Below, piece by piece: positions 61,310 through 64,000 of a stretch of DNA of 64,000 nt. The DNA lies in the NCBI RefSeq assembly GCF_036365525.1, contig NC_090415.1, positions 12,152,001 to 12,216,000 on the forward strand, given 5' to 3'. The notes beneath the pieces are model-generated. The model saw only the letters and a program-made list of their open reading frames with translations, was not told the DNA's origin and did no database searches. A program made the translations under genes and the position numbers. The first letter of the stretch is position 1. Each line of letters opens with the position of its first letter. This DNA is from Heterodontus francisci. Lineage: Eukaryota.

Positions 61310-62320
61310 GGTCGTGTCATGTTTGTCTTTCCCTGCAGGACATGTGAGTGTGGGTCTCATTCTGTGTCTATCAGTATGTGATATTTAACTGTGGCTTTTA
61401 CCCCGTATTGGGCAATCTATGGTCAATGATTTTGTGATTTAATTCAGTAATTTCAATCTTCAATAGGTGATTGTTTTTTTTTTCTTTCTCTGTAACATTC
61501 AGTTTCTAAGTGGGTGATTATGAGTTTTGTTCTGTACCTATGAGCTTCTACTGAGTGAGTGTGGGTTTTGCTATGTATCTGTTAATATCTGATTTTGAAG
61601 TCTGGGCATTTCTCTTTATCTGTTAATTTCTGAATTGTGAATTTGGATTTTAATCTGCACCTGTCAGTTTCTGGTATGAAAGGTTGTTTGATTTTGTCTC
61701 TGTACCTGTTAGTAAGTGACATTTTTGTGTAGCTTTACACAGCACATGTTAATTGATGACATGTCAGCATTGTTTTCACTCGACATGTCAGTCTCTGGTT
61801 TGGAGACCTCACCTGTGTTCTGTACCCATCAGACGTCTTCATATAAGGATGGGTTTTAACCTGTTCCTTTCAATCTGTTGTATGTAAGTACTGTTTATTA
61901 TCTGTATCTGTAAGTTTCTGATGAATGAATGTGGACTGTATCACGTCCCTGTCAGTGGTTCATTAAGAGATATTTTACACTGTACCTGCCTGTTCTGATA
62001 TGTGAGTGTGGGTTGTGATCTACGGCTGGCCGTTTCTGGTATGAGACATGAGCATTGTTTTTACTCTGTGCATGTTAGCCTCAAGTGCAGAAGCTGGGTT
62101 TAATAGTACAGCTCACTCTCTGCTGTATGATTATGGATTTTCATCTGGACAAGTTAATTTCTGGTACGGGCATGTGAATTTTATTCTCTATGCCAATTTA
62201 TGGTATGTGATTATGTGTTCTTTCTGTTCTGTCAGTTTCTGCTGAACTGTATGGTGGATTTGCTTTCAATCTGCCAAGTTCTGCGATGTGAATGTTGGTA
62301 TTACTTTGTATTTGTCATCG
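61310..62320. repeat. Degenerate ~41 bp array (paralog of 22870-23870; partial copy at 58830-59360)
   Basis: Colinear with unit 1. Confidence 0.7.
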
Positions 62321-62324
62321 AGAG

Positions 62325-63490
62325 ATAGAGTCATAGAGTTATACAGCACAGAAACAGGCCCTTGGACACATTGATGGCCGGCACAGGCACAATCAGTGAT
62401 CTATTCTAATCCCATTTTCCAGCACTTGGCCCATCGCCTTGTATGCTATGGCCTTTCAAATGTATATCTAAATACTTCTTAAATGTTGTGTGGGGTCCTG
62501 CCTCTACCACCCCTTTCAGGTAATGTGTTCCAGATTCCAACCACCATCTGGGTGAAAATGAAAAAAGAACAATCCTCAAATCCCCTCTAAACCTCCTGCT
62601 TCTTACATTAAATCATGGCTGATCTGTTTCTGACTTGAATTCCACACTCCTATCTACTCCCAATAATCTTTGATTCCCTTGCCTAACAAGAATCTATCAA
62701 GACCTGACTGAAAAAATAATATATTCAGTGACACCGCCCCCACCACCTTCTAAAGCACTGAATTTCAAAGTCTCACAAACCTCAGAGGGATAAAAAAAAT
62801 CTCCTCATCTCGTTCCTAAAAGTGTGACCCATACTTTTAAAGCAGCGCCCCCGATTTCTGAACTCATCCACAAGAGGAAACATCCTTTCCCCATCCACCT
62901 TGTCAAGACCATTCAGGATCTTATACACTACAATCAAGTCTCCCCTCACTCTTCTGAACTCCAGTGAAAACTAACCCAGTCTGTCCAACCTTTCCTCATA
63001 AGACATCCACTCAATCCAGGTATCAATCTAATAAACCTCCTCTGAAACACCTCCAACACATTTACTTCCTTCCTTAAATATGGAGACCAAAACTGCACAC
63101 AGTATTCGAGCTGTGGTCTCACCGAAGCCCCGTATAACTGAAGCATAACATCCTTCGATTAATTTTCAATTCCTGTTTTAATAAAGGATAACTTTCCAAT
63201 TCCCTTTGTGATTTGCCACACCTGCATACTAACTTTTTGTGACTCAAGCACAAGAACACCTGGATCCCTCTGCACCTCAGAATTCTGCAGTCATTCTCCA
63301 CAGATACTCAGCAGGCCTGCCAGCATCTGTGGAGACAGAAACAGAGATAACCATTCAGGTCAATGGTCTTTCATCAGAAAGGTCCGTTCTGATCGAAGGT
63401 CATTGACCTGAAATGTTAACTCACTTTCTCTCTCTACAGGTGCTGCCAGACTTGCAGATTATTTCCAGCATTTTCTGTTTTTATTTCCAC
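62325..63490 (-). mobile_element. CR1 3' fragments and inverted PLE pair (paralog of 23875-25040)
   Basis: Colinear with 23875-25040. Confidence 0.85.
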
Positions 63491-64000
63491 TGTACATCGT
63501 ATATTCTGGCAAATGAATGTGTGATCAATCTTTAACCTTTGGTTTCTGATCTGTAAATGTGGATTTTACCTAGCATGTTGTCCGTTACTGCAATGCAAAT
63601 ATCTGTTTTATTCTGTAACATTTTGTTTGTGGTAATTGATTGTGGGTTTTACTCTGCATCAGCCAGTCTCTGTAATGTGAATGTGGCTTTTGTCTGTGCA
63701 TGATTTGTGAGTATGTGTTTTACTTTCCCTGTATGTTTCTCAATGTGGATTTTGCTATGTACCTCAGTTACTTTATGTGTATATGTTGTATTCTGTTTCT
63801 GTGCATGTATGGTGAGTGTAACATTTCCCCTGTATCTATCAGAATCACTCTTGTGAGGATGGTCATTATTCTGTACTTGTTAGTTTATGGTAGTGCTTGA
63901 TTTACACTTTTACAGTCACTCTCTGATATGCTACTATACAGTTTACTCTGCACTTGTCAGATTCTGCTATGTGATATTGTCTTTTATCTATCTGTCTGTG

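Overview
Vertebrate genomic DNA, most likely from a cartilaginous fish (HE1-type V-SINEs, HER1/CR1 LINEs). The window covers part of a tandemly duplicated replication-dependent histone locus. Two quintets arranged H1> H4> H3> <H2A <H2B (16.9-22.1 kb and 51.5-58.1 kb; H1 offset 34,578 bp) and a third, divergent H2B (59.8-60.2 kb) all end in histone stem-loops. The spacers hold many CR1 LINE fragments, an L2/CR1-clade LINE, a 5'-truncated RTE LINE, HE1 SINEs, short Penelope-derived insertions with minimal hammerhead-ribozyme motifs, a tRNA-Gly(TCC) pseudogene, an old degenerate ~40-41 bp tandem array, and a repeated NRF1/ETS/Sp1 promoter with downstream splice signals but no recognisable protein. 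Most notable: an H1 TG-box/AC-box pair spaced 354 bp in both copies; TSD-flanked ~140 bp insertions that end at a hammerhead core; non-canonical histone residues (H4 S1T, H2A A14P/L33H, H2B VDDKK tail, H1.0-like H1 helix); CDE/CHR-like modules upstream of core histone genes; and a candidate spliced non-coding transcript running into the 41-mer array. Repeat boundaries were read by eye and are approximate; no database searches were run.
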